64,000 nucleotides of DNA, taken from positions 20,708,001 to 20,772,000 of the forward strand of contig NC_043015.1 of NCBI RefSeq assembly GCF_006345805.1, written 5' to 3'. Source of the DNA: Octopus sinensis (lineage: Eukaryota). Positions 40,900-54,737 of this stretch are shown one piece after another. Made by a program: the position numbers and the translations under genes. Positions within the stretch are counted from its first letter, which is position 1. Every line of letters starts with the position of its first letter. The notes below the pieces were generated by a model, which saw only the letters and a program-made list of their open reading frames with translations, was not told where the DNA came from and searched no databases.

Positions 40900-41170
40900 T
40901 GCCACCTTGGGTAAGTGTCTTCTACTATAGCGTCGGGCCAACAAAAGCCTTATGAGTGGATATGGTAGACGGAAACTGAAAGAAGCTCGTCGTATATATA
41001 TATTGTGTGTGTGTCTGTTTGTCCCCCACCATCGCTTGACAACCGATGTTGGTGTGTTTACGTCCCTGTAACTTAACGGTTTGGCAAAAGGTACCGATAG
41101 AATAAGTCCTGGAGTCAATTTGTGCGACTAAAGGCGGTGCTCCATCAAGGATTCAAATGACCGAAACAAA
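40774..41170 (+). mobile_element. SINE family B with a (TA)n insert flanked by a ~21-bp duplication
   Basis: aggcgcaggagtgg head. tgcgtggcacctt-gcaagtg is duplicated at 40841 and 40896. Confidence 0.9.
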
Positions 41171-42280
41171 ACTCCATCGAATAACACCTTTTACAAGTCT
41201 CTATGCTTCGAATGACCAATTATAAGCAACATTGGAACCCACACACAAGGTACGGGAAACTTATATATATACCATTCTGCTCAAATAATGGAACTCCAGA
41301 TAGAATATCCTTATGTATCTCACTTCTGTTTTCCTTCCTTGTCTTCACTCTGTATTTCATATCTGCTCAATAATAACTATTGCTTAACCATTTTCTCGCG
41401 CTGTCTCTGTCCCAGAAATAGCTATAAGACCTCTTTATAAATGTTCTGAAATCTTATGTATATCTGGTCCAGATGACCCATGATCACATGCATAGCCCGT
41501 ATATCTCGATCTTGTATGTTGCTTTATGAAGTCTACCTTATAAAACGGAGAGGTCAGCTTTTGTCCAATAGAATAGGGCGTGATTTGAAGTGTGGTTTAA
41601 ACGATATTTGGCTTCTTATTTCTAGCACCTCAGTCTACCAGGTTTTTGCCAACTGCTCAAAACGCTTAACGTTAAATTCCATTTTCAGTGAGTACAATGC
41701 GTTAAGAACTCAACCACGCTAGCAGGAAACTTGATATTTCTGTATATATTTAATCCTGTATCCTATCTCACACAACCAGGTAAGAGAACAAAGTAGAATA
41801 ACTGAATAGTTACGAACGCTTGAAGATTCCAATAACATATTCCATTACGAGTACAGCCCACACCAAACATACCCTTTCGCTCAAGTAGCTGTAAACTCTT
41901 GTTTGCATGTATACTTAATCTGTATTATGTCTGACATAAGAAGACAAGTATGGAAAATATACAAATGCCTGCCAAACTATTTCAGTAACTAAGCAATTTA
42001 ATCCATGAGTTTATTTGAATTGAGCTTCAAATGTTTGACCATATTTCATGGTGAAAAGAGACTAACACTCGTTAAAGCCATCTGAATATACTTCTATATG
42101 ATAGCGGTGCAATGAAAGCGAGGTTGAAAATCACGTCATAAAAAAAATTCACGTCATGGAAAGAAAAGGACGGGTTTTTGCGGTTTTATTGTTGCTGTTG
42201 TTTAGCGAAAACGATGTTGACAATCACCATCACTGTCCTCCCCCTCCTTCTTCTCCTCCTCCTCGTCATCACAATCATCG

Positions 42281-42313
<33 letters not shown>

Positions 42314-42989
42314 GGCCGCTTATTCGTTTCTTTGTAATATCTCCTGTTTTAATCGATCGGTTTATATATGTATGCAAGTACACGCACGCACACACACACA
42401 CACACGCACACACACACGCACACACACACACACACACACATGCTCTTATCGCTCCATCTATCTATGTGTGTGTGCGCGCACGCACGCGTAAATGTGTGTG
42501 TTTCCTTGAGTCAACATTGATGATAAGCGTGAGCCTCGAGAGAGATTATTTATGTGTGCGTATATTCAGCTGTTTGGTTTCTGAACAAATGCTTCCGTCA
42601 CAGAGGTGACTTCATACACGACAAATCGGAAAGTAAACTGTACGATGCGGGTATCTATGCCTGTACGTGTTTGTAGAATTCCGACATTTTCTCATGTTCC
42701 TTTATTTTATGTGTGTATTTGTATTTGTGTGGTTTTGTTAGTCTTCGTCATTTAGGTTCGCTCACTTACTCCCATCAGCTTTTCGGTGATGACGTCACAC
42801 ACACACACACACACACTTTTTAACATATTACTGTTAAAAGCGTGAAAATATGAGAAAATATGAGGAGTTTTGGACGACAATTGATGAAGGAACAGCAGTT
42901 ATACCTCTTGTGTGTGAATCTTCTGTATGTTTCTTTGTCGTGGTTCAGTACAATATTTCATTTCTCTCTCTCATTCTCTCTCTCTTTGT

Positions 42990-43299
42990 TTTGTTGTTGT
43001 TTGTTCCTTCTCGAGCCATGCCTCACTCATAAGGCCGGTTTCCCAGTTTCCTTGGCGTATAAGTTCCCCACCCGGACGGGACGCCGGTCCGTCGCAGGTG
43101 AGCTGCTAGATGCAGGAGGCAAGAATGAGAGAAAGTCATGGCGAAAGAGTCAGCAGAAATTCGCCATTACCTTCTGCCAGAGCCGCGTTGAGCTTAGGTG
43201 TTTCGCGCATAAACACACACATCACCCGGTCTGAGATTCGAACCTGCGATCCTTCGACCGCGAGTCCGCTGCTCTAACCACTAAGCCATGTGCCTCCAC
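42990..43299 (-). mobile_element. tRNA(Arg)-like SINE family D, intact Pol III boxes
   Basis: A box tggcttagtggtta, TCG anticodon-like loop, B box ggttcgaatct, GC-rich body, (AAC)n tail. Confidence 0.88.
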
Positions 43300-44253
43300 C
43301 TCTTTTGGCATACGCCAGGATAATTTATCCTTTTTATAGAATGTGTGTGTGTGTTGTGTGTGTGTGTGTGTGTGCGTGTGTGTGTTGTGTGCGTGTTGGT
43401 GGGTGGATATATATTACTCTGGCAGGTGTAAAATAGGGATTAGAAGGGCAGCGCTAAGTAGTGCTTTAAACATATCCGAATACGTATGAAGGTTGTTCAC
43501 TCCGAGTAATCAGTTAGCGCAATCAGTTACTGGAATTTAATGGGACTGGAAATTATCAATCTTTCGTAGTCAGTTCAGTCTCGCCTCTCTTTTCAGTACC
43601 CGATGCTGAAGACCAGATAACTACTTCGAAATGTATGCATCACTCGATCTGGATAGAGGGAACTCAGTACTGATCTGGTGTGTCTATATTTTTGTGTCAA
43701 GAGCGGGGAATGTTCTCTATGACAAAATTCAATTAATGGCCTTCTTACGGGCTTGGATAAATCTCAAGCTTAGTTGAATTGGTACTAAGTTTATACTTAT
43801 ACACACATATTTATCTCCACATTACAATACATCAAGAGAAATCACGCGCAGGAGGTGGGTTCGAAGGCTGGAATCACGAACGCAACGGTAAGAGAAAAGA
43901 AAAAAATGAAAAAGAATTAAAGTTACAACTGTAAAGTCGTATGGCAATATGGTATAGAATCAATGGAAAGGGTCTAAAATTTGCGATATAGCTGTCAACA
44001 GTTTCATCTCGTTTTTTTTTTAAAGGGATTTCTTTTCTTCTCTTGTCGTAAATTATGACTGGTATGGGCCATGTGCCCAGAGCACAAGGATTAATTGGAG
44101 ATGCGAGAAGTGTTTATAAAATTGCCTGCATAACGTCTTCATTGAATAAAAAATATTAGTAGTACATTAATATATACAGTGTACATTACACAACATTTAT
44201 CTCCCACCAGATGGGGCACTTTTTTCTGTTGATCATAATGGGAAAGTAAACAA

Positions 44254-44362
<109 letters not shown>

Positions 44363-44519
44363 ACCTGCATACCGAGTTGGTGTGTGTATATATATATATG
44401 TGTGTATGAGTATGTATGCATATATTTTTGTATGTATGTATGTATGTATGTATGTATGTATGTATGCATATGTGTTGTGTGTGTGTATCTATATATCATG
44501 TTGGTATATCTATAACTTA

Positions 44520-44750
44520 TGAGAGTGTCTATGAAGAGCTGGGCAGATGAATGACTTCGGAGCAGAAACCCAAGCCTTGAAAGTGTTTTGGCTCTTAGCT
44601 CTTCAAACTGTGAAGTGCTCCAGCTGCAGCGGATCATGATTCCTGGTAATGTTTCTGCTGCCACATTCTGTACTACAGCTTGCATTGCAGTCCCCTGGAT
44701 TTTTAAGGCGCCCCAGCAGCATGCTATCTCCTCAGGTGTAACTAGCGCTG
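44520..44750 (-). mobile_element. Possible LINE RT C-terminal remnant
   Basis: SWSTSQFEELRAKTLSRLGFLLRS weakly resembles the L2/CR1/Jockey-group thumb region. Confidence 0.25.
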
Positions 44751-45221
44751 AGTGAGAGACCAGTTAACTACACACACAAACACGTGAAAAAATAACACAG
44801 AAACAAAAACAGAGACACAGGCTGAGATATATAAAATTACTTTATATATTATATAAAAACCTACACAAGCACACACATAAATGTATGCGTGCGCATATAT
44901 TAATGGCTGTCTGAAACGGGGAAACGAGAACGTGGCGAAAACACATTTAATGTATACGCAGCCACACAGTCCAGCGCTGGAATTTGAGTGTCTTTTAATG
45001 TTCCATTAATTTACTGCATGAAGAGACCTTTTTCAACTATCATATGAAACGAGAGCTTTCACTTTTGGAATTTTATCCATTTTATACAAACACGCACACA
45101 CACAAATGTATGTGTGCGTATGTGTATGTGTGTGCGCGTGTATGCATACATGAATGTATGTAAAGGATAATGATAAATATATATGTATATATATAATCAA
45201 GATTTATATGTATGTATGTAT

Positions 45222-45255
<34 letters not shown>

Positions 45256-45423
45256 ACACACACACACACACAGAAATTTATATGTACATATATACATAAA
45301 CTTGCAAATATGCATGGATATATATACCTACATATATAAACATACATATACACACGTAAATATAAGTATGCTATACATATATAGATATATTTACATAAAT
45401 GTATATATAAACAGTTATATGTA

Positions 45424-45458
<35 letters not shown>

Positions 45459-45971
45459 CACACATATACACACACACGCTCACATATGCATGTATATATA
45501 TATATATATAAAACAAATTAACGTCTAGCTTTTCTCCAAAACGTTATATCTACGTTTCTTGTCCTTTTGCTCCAATTCTCAATCGCAACACATTTTCTTA
45601 GACTCTAAATTAAAATTCTTATTTCCAATTCTATTTCCTGAAGCCTCAGATAAGATAACAGAAATACAAATGTCCTAATATATGATAATTAGTAATACAA
45701 TTTACTGTTTATTTGCCGCTATATATGCTAATTAGAATGAAGAACTGCGGTTACCAAATGATATATTGTTCAGAGAAAACCGCTGAATCGATAAACTCGT
45801 GTCAAAATGTTACAGACTTTAATTACACTCCGATAATTATACTACGTTGATTATTTCCCTGACATATGATTTAGGAGCTCAAAGACGTTTTTATGTATAT
45901 ACGTACATACCTATATACACAACACATATCTATCTATCTGTCTGTCTGACTGTCTGTCTGTCTATATACTT

Positions 45972-46127
45972 GCAGGCTTGGCTGTGGAGCAAAAATTATA
46001 TTCTTCATTCGGCGGCTTTTCACTCAGTTCCACTGTGTGACATCTCATTCAAGTGTCATACCGTAAGCCCTGGTGAGCCACAATTTTGTGAGTAGATTTG
46101 GTAGACAGAAATTAAAGGAAATCTGTC

Positions 46128-46130
<3 letters not shown>
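45972..46130 (+). mobile_element. Decayed SINE family B, 5' half
   Basis: gcttggctgtggagc...cactcagttccactgtgtg...gtgagtagatttggtagacagaaa. Confidence 0.65.
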
Positions 46131-46181
<51 letters not shown>

Positions 46182-46397
46182 GTATATGTATATATATACA
46201 TATATATATATGATGAGTTTGATAAATTTCGTAAGTGCTAACACATGAAACTCTCGGTCCTTGAGTCTCTGTGATACTTCTGTTAACAACCTCTCCTTTT
46301 CTTAATCTGTGTGTGTGTGTATATATATATACTAATACAATTGTTTGTTTGTTTTCCACCTGCCTTCGTCTTTTGTCTATTTTCATAAAGCTTCCCG

Positions 46398-46436
<39 letters not shown>

Positions 46437-46544
46437 TAAGAGGAAAAAATCTATCAGAAAGGAACTCTTTCTCTCTTTAAAAAAAACTTCACCTAATTAA
46501 ATTACTTAAATTACTTAATTATTTTGTCAGCATTTTCTTCATTC

Positions 46545-46808
<264 letters not shown>

Positions 46809-47119
46809 TACGTATTGCAACGAAAACCATAAAAATGCAGTGGGTCATCCGTAGACTTTGGCACACAGAGGTGTGTATGTAATATATATATAATATATAG
46901 TATCTATATATATATATATATACAATATATATATATACGACGTCTGACTGCCACACGCTCGCAGACACACACACATGCGTGCATACACGCTCATCCATAT
47001 TCTGTGTATACGCACAACGAATGGAACCACAAAAAATAAATAACAATAAATATAAGCATTCGTGGATAAATAGTCTTTATAATGCACATAGGTAAATCTA
47101 GTCCTAGACTGAAATAGGT

Positions 47120-47420
47120 ATATCTAGTGCTAGACTGAAATTAAGAAGGGACTGTAAACCTACTGGAACGAATGTTCTGCGGTTGAATATGTGGATCTTC
47201 TCTTTGTATTCGATGCAGCATGGGGATGGTGCTCAGCTGGGGACGGGTCTTTAAAGAATGTTGCGTTCTTGTTCCAGTATCCGCTCTGTTTGTTGATAGT
47301 GTGTTTCGCCGACGCATAAGGCACTGCAGATTCGGTATGTGTTGTGAGTATATATTGTTGGAGACGGAGCAGCGTGTGGCTTTGACTTTGATATATTCCT
47401 GTCAAAATAGGTTAATTCTC
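47120..47420 (-). mobile_element. Penelope-like GIY-YIG endonuclease remnant
   Basis: TIYTHNTYRICSALCVGETHYQQTERILEQERNI resembles the VY..C..C..YIGET.R.L.ER..EH pattern. Confidence 0.45.
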
Positions 47421-48304
47421 CGCAGGCGCCCCGGCCAACTCTACTCAGGTCTGACAGGTTAAACAGAGTATTTTCTTTTAAAAGATTCCAATATATGAAA
47501 TAGACGCTGCAAGTGAGAGGTGTCAGAGAACGGAGTTGATGAGATATTTTTATGCACTTTCATAACAGATTTGACGTCTGTCACATAATGTCTGTATACA
47601 TGCAAATATGTGGAATATCTAAGTATATATGAACAGGTTGTGCTTATCTTCGTATCCTCTCTTACAACTGCGAATGTAAATGCGCTTGTTTGCCGTATGT
47701 TTTATGTATGACCGTATGTTAGATAGGAATAGAGGGAAAGATTAGAGCCACGGAGAGGAAGAGAAAATATGTTACGTATGAGACAGAGATACAGAAAAAG
47801 GAAGTGTACGAACGAAAACGAGTCAGCTTGTTTGGATGTAGCAGGCAGACTGACTGAGGACCTAGCGTGCATGCGTGTGTGCACGCGCGTCCGTATGTGC
47901 ATGTGTGCTTGTGTGCATTGCGGGCGTCTCAAATACATTTAAGACAAACACAGAAAGAAAGAATATATACATACATACATATAATACATATACTATATAT
48001 ATAATATTATATATATATTATATTATATATATATCTATAGAATATATATATAAGTGGATAAGGCAGGCAGCGTATGAAATGAACTAAGACTATTCATTGA
48101 AGGTAGGAGAGTGAGAGAGAGAGAGAGAAGTTAGAACCAATCATAGTGACAGGGACATGTCAAATGACGTCCAGATTTGCTTGTGGTGTCAGTCAAAGAC
48201 GCTGACCAAATTTCTATTTTCTGACAGGAATAGCAGGAGAGCCGCAGCCATTGTTTAACAACAATTGGTTATGATGAAAATAATAATACCGACAACAACA
48301 ACAG

Positions 48305-48305
48305 C

Positions 48306-48353
<48 letters not shown>

Positions 48354-48475
48354 AAGAAGAAGAAGAAAAGAAGAAGAAGAAGAAGAAGAAGAAGAAGAAG
48401 AAGAAGAGAAGAAGAAGAAGAAGAAGAAGAAGAAGAAGAAGAAGAAGAAGAAGAAGAAGAAGAAGAAGAAAAAGA
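48305..48475. repeat. (TAA)n-(GAA)n compound tract
   Basis: Direct reading. Confidence 0.97.
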
Positions 48476-48680
48476 ATTTTGGCGCAAGGCCAGCAAGGGA
48501 GAGATAGGGGCTAAGTCGGTTAAATCGACCCCAGTGTTCAACTGGTAATTATTTTATCGGCTCCTAAAGAATAAAAAGCAAAATCGACCTTGGTGGCATT
48601 CAAACCGAGAATGTGAAGACGGCCGAAATGCCGCTAAGCATTTTGTTCGACGTGCAAACGATTCTGCCAGCATACCGTGC
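48475..48680 (-). mobile_element. SINE family A
   Basis: Reverse complement core; (TAA)n at its 5' flank (48682-48766). Confidence 0.85.
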
Positions 48681-48681
48681 C

Positions 48682-48767
<86 letters not shown>

Positions 48768-49394
48768 GAAAATCCATAATAAATGGCGGTGCCTCAGCAT
48801 GGCCACAGCTTGTGAGCTGAAACTAGATAAAAAAAAAATAAATACAACCAACCAAAAGTGACAGAACGGCGGATGGATAATCATAGATACTATAAAATAA
48901 TTGATTTATGAGTTACACAGACACGCTACTACGCAACACCTCTCCAAAAACAAGCAAGAATAAACTCATACTGTTAACACCCAACATAGAAGGCCGATAC
49001 CCGACAGAAGAACACAACCTGCGCTGCATAAACAACTCACAAGATAAAAACTGATAAAACAGAAGACACCAACCAAACCCCATAACAACGCGTAGTGATA
49101 CAATACAATATCCTCCCATTCACCAAAAATGCAGCACACCCCTACAGAAAAACCAATAAAAGATGTAATAGAAAGTTGCTTGAAACTTTAAGATGTCGAA
49201 AAATAATAGAGGTGATGTCGATGGTGATGAACGTTACCTTAACTCAGTTTATGAGAGACAGGAGTTTCCGTAGAAACTCTGGTTGTAACAGCCAATATGA
49301 AGCCGGACATATAAAGGAAGGCCTCTCACTCGGCAGTGGTTCAGTAAAGATGCAGACAGACCAAAGCTGGTATCCTAATACAGCATCAGCGGAT

Positions 49395-49540
49395 AATAGA
49401 GCAAGAAGGAAGTGGACCAGTGTAGAAAATAGGATAGTGATACTCTGTTGCTTAGAGAACCCAAAAGAAGGGGTTATAGAAAACGGATGTTAACACTTTG
49501 GGAAGAGAAGGTTATGTTTAAAATGACTGCTAGTCGGAGA
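49395..49540 (+). mobile_element. R4/Dong-clade N-terminal (myb-like) remnant
   Basis: ARRKWTSVENRIVILC, then across frameshifts RGYR(K)RMLTLWEEK.MFKMT, matching R4/Dong ORF N-termini. Confidence 0.7.
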
Positions 49541-49973
49541 AGGAAGTGGATGCATGTGTTATCCTAGCTTCCTTAAATGCTTTCACTTCACTCCACTCCA
49601 TATATATATATATATATAGGTAAATATCGAAGTCAGTGTTGAACACACACACACACAAACACACACACATGTTAGTGCGCGCAAGCATACATACAAATTA
49701 ATGTGTACGTTGCGGTTTTCCCTGAAATAGAATGCTCGTCTTGTTGGTAGTTTGAATGAATATTTGAGCATTGGATAACAGCATGATTAACTGCGAAAAC
49801 CTAATAAAACACTAATACAAGTAACTACTGTTTTTTATTGCCTACATGCGTAAGCAATATATTTGTATAAATAAACAAATATACACGCGTGCATATATGC
49901 AGTTTTACGCGCACACACCCATATATATAATCAGAGAAACGGAGAGAAAGAGAGTGATTTATGCAAATACATC

Positions 49974-50005
<32 letters not shown>

Positions 50006-50064
50006 ATATATATATTAATATACTTACATATATATGTCCTTGTGTGTACGCATGCGTGTGTGTA

Positions 50065-50183
<119 letters not shown>

Positions 50184-50679
50184 TATATATATATATATCC
50201 GTATAAGTATTTCTATTCATCACATCAAATTTTTTGTTCGGACGCTGCCCTTAATCTGTGACTTCCATACAGAAACACATCATCGACGTTCCTTATAATG
50301 AAACGCATTTTAAAAGAAATTTATGAATTTCCCATATTTTTTTAGAATCTTCCATTGATTTCTCGAAGACTTTCCATTAAACACTTTGGAGAGCTTTAAC
50401 GTATTTTCGAGGAAGTTAGAAAACTGTCGTCACATGTCTTAGCTTTCGATTTATTATTTATATTCTATACATCAATACGCAGGCATGCATTAAGCGTCCA
50501 TATATATATATAAATACATGTAAATACTTACGTACATATGAACATGCACACGCCTGTCTTTACACATGCATAGATTTTACGTAACACGAGTTTCAGCATT
50601 TCTGGCGTTCACTTCTCAACTAGTTCTTTCTGCCTATCTCTTTTGCGCAGACCAATTTAAAAAAAAAATTTACCTTTTA

Positions 50680-51110
50680 CTTGTTTCAGTCATTAGACTG
50701 CGGCCATGCTCGAGCAACGCCTTGAAGAATTATTTTTTTGGCGAAGGTATCGATTCCAGTTCTTATCTTTGTTAAACCTGGTACATATTCTATCGGTCAC
50801 TTTTTGCTGAACCGCCACATTAAGGGGACGTAAATACCCCTACACTCGTTCACAAGCGATGGTGAGGGGGACAAACACAGACATATTTTCACACACACAC
50901 ACACACAACACACACACACATACATACATACACATATATATATATATATATAAATGCACGACGGGTTTCTGGTTCCATCTACCGAATCCATCACAAGGCT
51001 TTGGCCGACTGAAGGCTATATAAAAGAAGACAGTTGCCTAAGGCAGCACGTAGTGGGACTGAATCCGGGAACACGTGGTTAGGAAGAAAACTTCTTGCCC
51101 AACCGCCATA
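50680..51110 (-). mobile_element. SINE family B, full length
   Basis: Reverse complement of head, body and tail (cttgtttcagtca). Confidence 0.85.
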
Positions 51111-51689
51111 CCCTCCCCCACACACACATTATAATAATAGTCGAACTGGGTTATAATGTTTGTGCCATCTCATTTCACGTTGCTGCTTTTCAAGCAACGC
51201 TTCACATTTACGCTTTTAAATTAAAAGTGAAATATTCATGAAACCGCAGTGAAAGTTCTGAATTATGAATTAAGGAAAACCCAGCTATTCCACATGACCT
51301 AAAGGGATGTTGGTGATTTTAAATAATTTATAATAATATAAAATCGCTCACTTTTGTATTCGTCACCAGAATATACAGTTAGCGTTATAATACTTGATAC
51401 TTGATATGCAGGTACTGTTATAATAAATTGTACTTTGGCATAGGATTATATTATATAAAAATTATGACGTAGTACTTTTAGTGATATATTTATAGTATTA
51501 TAAAGCGTGGAATTATCCATCAGTATTAGTTGTTGGCTGCCATGAGACTACATCTTTCAAAACTTCCACGCTTCCTGAAATTCGCCAACAGTACACCTGA
51601 TGATCCCCACCTTTGATTTCCCCCTATTTTAAATGGTAGTGCACCTGTGCATTGTATACAACAATTTCATTATATCATACAGTAACACC

Positions 51690-52000
51690 TACCGCTAATC
51701 CTCCACAAGGTAAAAGAATTTCCTTAGGATAATCTAAATTTTTTCTATCTGTAAATTGAAATCATCTTGAAACATAACTGGAAATCTCTTTAGAAATAAT
51801 ATTTTCGTATCATATGTACACTTGCAAATACTTAGAAAGAACGCTAACCACATAACTCTCCAAATACATCTGGAGGTTAAAGAACGACAATATTAAACAT
51901 ATAAAACAATGTGCTCATCTTCTGTTGGTCAAATTCTACTCAAGGCAAGAGTCAACAGATGTAACAATCACAAGTGAATAAATAAGTCGCTCTATGATGA
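51690..52000 (+). mobile_element. Penelope-like C-terminal remnant
   Basis: TT*LSKYIWRLKNDNIKH resembles the PLE motif TxLSKHIWxLKDxNIxY downstream of GIY-YIG. Confidence 0.5.
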
Positions 52001-52449
52001 GTAATCCCAATAGGGAAGTTGTCTGATAATCGGATAAATACTATAAAAGTTACAGTCAGGTACAGGTTCCAATTGAAAGTGACGAGAGCATTTAGAGCGT
52101 CTTGGTGCCGATCAGATAAGCGTTTTACGAATGAAGCGAATTGAAGTGTTATTTTCCTGTCTTTCGTACCATAGGTATAAATCTCACTAAACCCACGAGA
52201 CTAACAAAGCAATTGTGTATCGCGCTTCAACCAATGATTTTACGATCATCACCCACTGCTTCTGATTATATATATATATATAAACTTTTGAAATAAAAAT
52301 GATATATATGTATCATTTTTCAGTTAATGTAATAAATGCTCGCCATAACTGAATAAAAAAAACTGAATTACACTAACGGAAATACAAACATATATGCATT
52401 AATCAAATTTAGCCAACACATATGTGTGTAAACTGGCATATTCACGTGT

Positions 52450-52590
52450 ATGAATGTTTATAAAAAGTTAAAGAATGACAGAGAAATAAAACGATATTTT
52501 AATCAAATAAGTGAAAACATATTCTATACAATATTGAAGAACGTTAAAAAAATATTTGCAAAGAGAATGAATATGTCTAAAGATATTTCG
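52450..52590 (+). mobile_element. Possible mariner transposase C-terminal remnant
   Basis: EIKRYFNQISENIFYTILKNVKKIFAKRMNMSKDISE resembles the mariner C-terminal helix pattern. Confidence 0.28.
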
Positions 52591-53412
52591 GAGAAGACTT
52601 GGAAAGAAAAAAAGGAACATAAAATGTTTCTTCATGTTGAAATATTTATGGAAAACGTTGATGGTTCTATGGAATATAGAATGTAAAATATAGATAGGAG
52701 AAGGCAATCAGACACATGCATAAGTGTGTGTACATATGAGTGCGTGCGTATACACACACACACACACATATAAACACCAAATATACAAGTTCATTCGTGT
52801 GTTTGTATGTGAATATATATATATGTATAAACATACATGCGTATTTGTATATATATATATAAATGTATATATATGCATGTATATGTATACATAAGTGAAT
52901 ATATATGCACTCCTGTATGTGTGTGTGTTCGTGAATACATACATACGCAGATATACATACGTAACACAAGTTTATTGTGCCTCTCATTTTAATCATCTCA
53001 GAAAAGGGATTTTATCTACTCTGGTTTAAATATTAAACTCCTCTAATCCCTTTTGTGAAGCAAACGTAAAGATGCCCAGTAACATTATCAAAAATCAACT
53101 GCGTGTCGAACAAAATGCTACATGTTATTTCTGCTTATATCCCGTCGTGCTTAGCTTCATTTTATTTTTCGATGCACAATAAATCAGAATCGCTATCTAA
53201 AGAGGGATTAAATCGTTTCAACAGATGCCTTGCGGTGTTTGTTCACAGAGTTTATACTGACGAGCACCACTGATACTAAGCCATACCAGCTGTTACTGTT
53301 CCTATTTGATATCGGAGGTATAGTGAGAGAAGATCTATTGTGTGAAAAGCCGCGGCGTTTCCATGAATTAAATGAAACATACAGTTCTATATCTAAGCGA
53401 TGAGGAATTATG

Positions 53413-53542
53413 TACATTATTTACATTTGTCCCCATCTTGTTTGTTGTTAACACAACGTTTCGGCTGATATACCCTCCAGCCTTCATCAGGTGTCTTGGG
53501 AAAATTTCGAGCCTGGGTTCTCATTCCTAAGGTATTTTTCGA

Positions 53543-53615
<73 letters not shown>

Positions 53616-53814
53616 TCACTACCTGGAATCGAACTGGGAATCTTAGGGTTAGTAACGCGCGCTGTTAATTACTTCACCATATACATTAGGAATGAGAACC
53701 CAGGTTCGAAATTCCCCCAAGACACTTGATGAAGGCTGGAGGGTATATTTGCCGAAATGCTGTGTTAACAACAAACAAGATGAGGACAAATATCTGTCAA
53801 ATGTAAATAATGTA
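53413..53814 (-). mobile_element. tRNA-headed, hammerhead-tailed short element with 5' inverted tail copy
   Basis: Minus strand: tRNA-like head 53682-53611 (B box gttcgattcc), (TAA)n, tail 53544-53413 with a hammerhead. 53686-53814 is an inverted copy of 53413-53530. Confidence 0.8.
53451..53494 (-). ncRNA. Minimal type I hammerhead ribozyme motif (intact core)
   Basis: acac-CUGAUGA-a-GGCUG gagggUAUAU CAGCC-GAAAC-GUU-gugu. Stem I 4 bp, stem II 5 bp, palindromic AACGUU stem III. Confidence 0.8.
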
Positions 53815-54701
53815 AATTAAACGATTCCAGTTGCAGAAATTTGGTCAGTATGGTATGTGTAAATGTGAGTGTAGATGTAACCAATACATGTTTGTGTATA
53901 TATGCATAATATAAACATATGTGCGAACACATACACACACACACACACATTTATATACACGTAGATATGCATAGATATCTACAGATATATATCTATTCAT
54001 CATTTATAAATAACTCGTACAAATATGTAGTCATATGTAAATTAAAGCGTGTGTGCATGAGTGTGTGTGTGTGCATGTTTTTCGAGAGGGAGAGAGAGAG
54101 AGGGAGAAGAAAGAGAGAGAAAGAGGAGGGAGAAAAATGTAGATAGAAAAGAGATTGAGGAAAACAGAAAAAGAAGATACAAGTAAATTGTTCGGAATAG
54201 CAAAATTACTGTAGTTGTTGCTTACAATACTCTGAGCATAGCACTTATGCACAATAATAGTAAAAAGAAGAAGGAGAAAAAAGAAAATATGAGCAACAAG
54301 CACAATAACGCATTTATCAAAACCGGAAGATTGTAGCAAGTTTGAGATCGATAACTTCCCATAACAACAACAAAAGAAAAAAAAAACTACATACAATACC
54401 AACAAATAACAAAAATAAATATGTTTGAAATAAAAGAAATTCCCCACAAAAACCTAGCCAAAAACAAATGCTCTAAGAAAATCCCAGAACCGCAGATTTC
54501 AATCTTGTAAATGGCTAATAACTTTAGAATATCCTGATAGTCTGAGAAATCGATTTGAATTAGAGAATTGAAAGAGTAAAAGTGATTGAAAGAGCAGAAA
54601 AAATATAGGGGAAAGTAGGTAAATAATATATAATAGACACAACAAACAATGTGAGTGTATGTGTGTATGTTTATATGTGTGTGTGTGTGCTTGGATGTGT
54701 A

Positions 54702-54737
<36 letters not shown>

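Noticed and set aside
41180-41720. Possible LINE RT remnant on the minus strand (…DILSGVP…)
   Set aside because: Single weak motif, not supported by neighbouring RT motifs.
42787-42794. Full CRE palindrome TGACGTCA (also near 62820)
   Set aside because: Isolated 8-mers are expected by chance in 64 kb.
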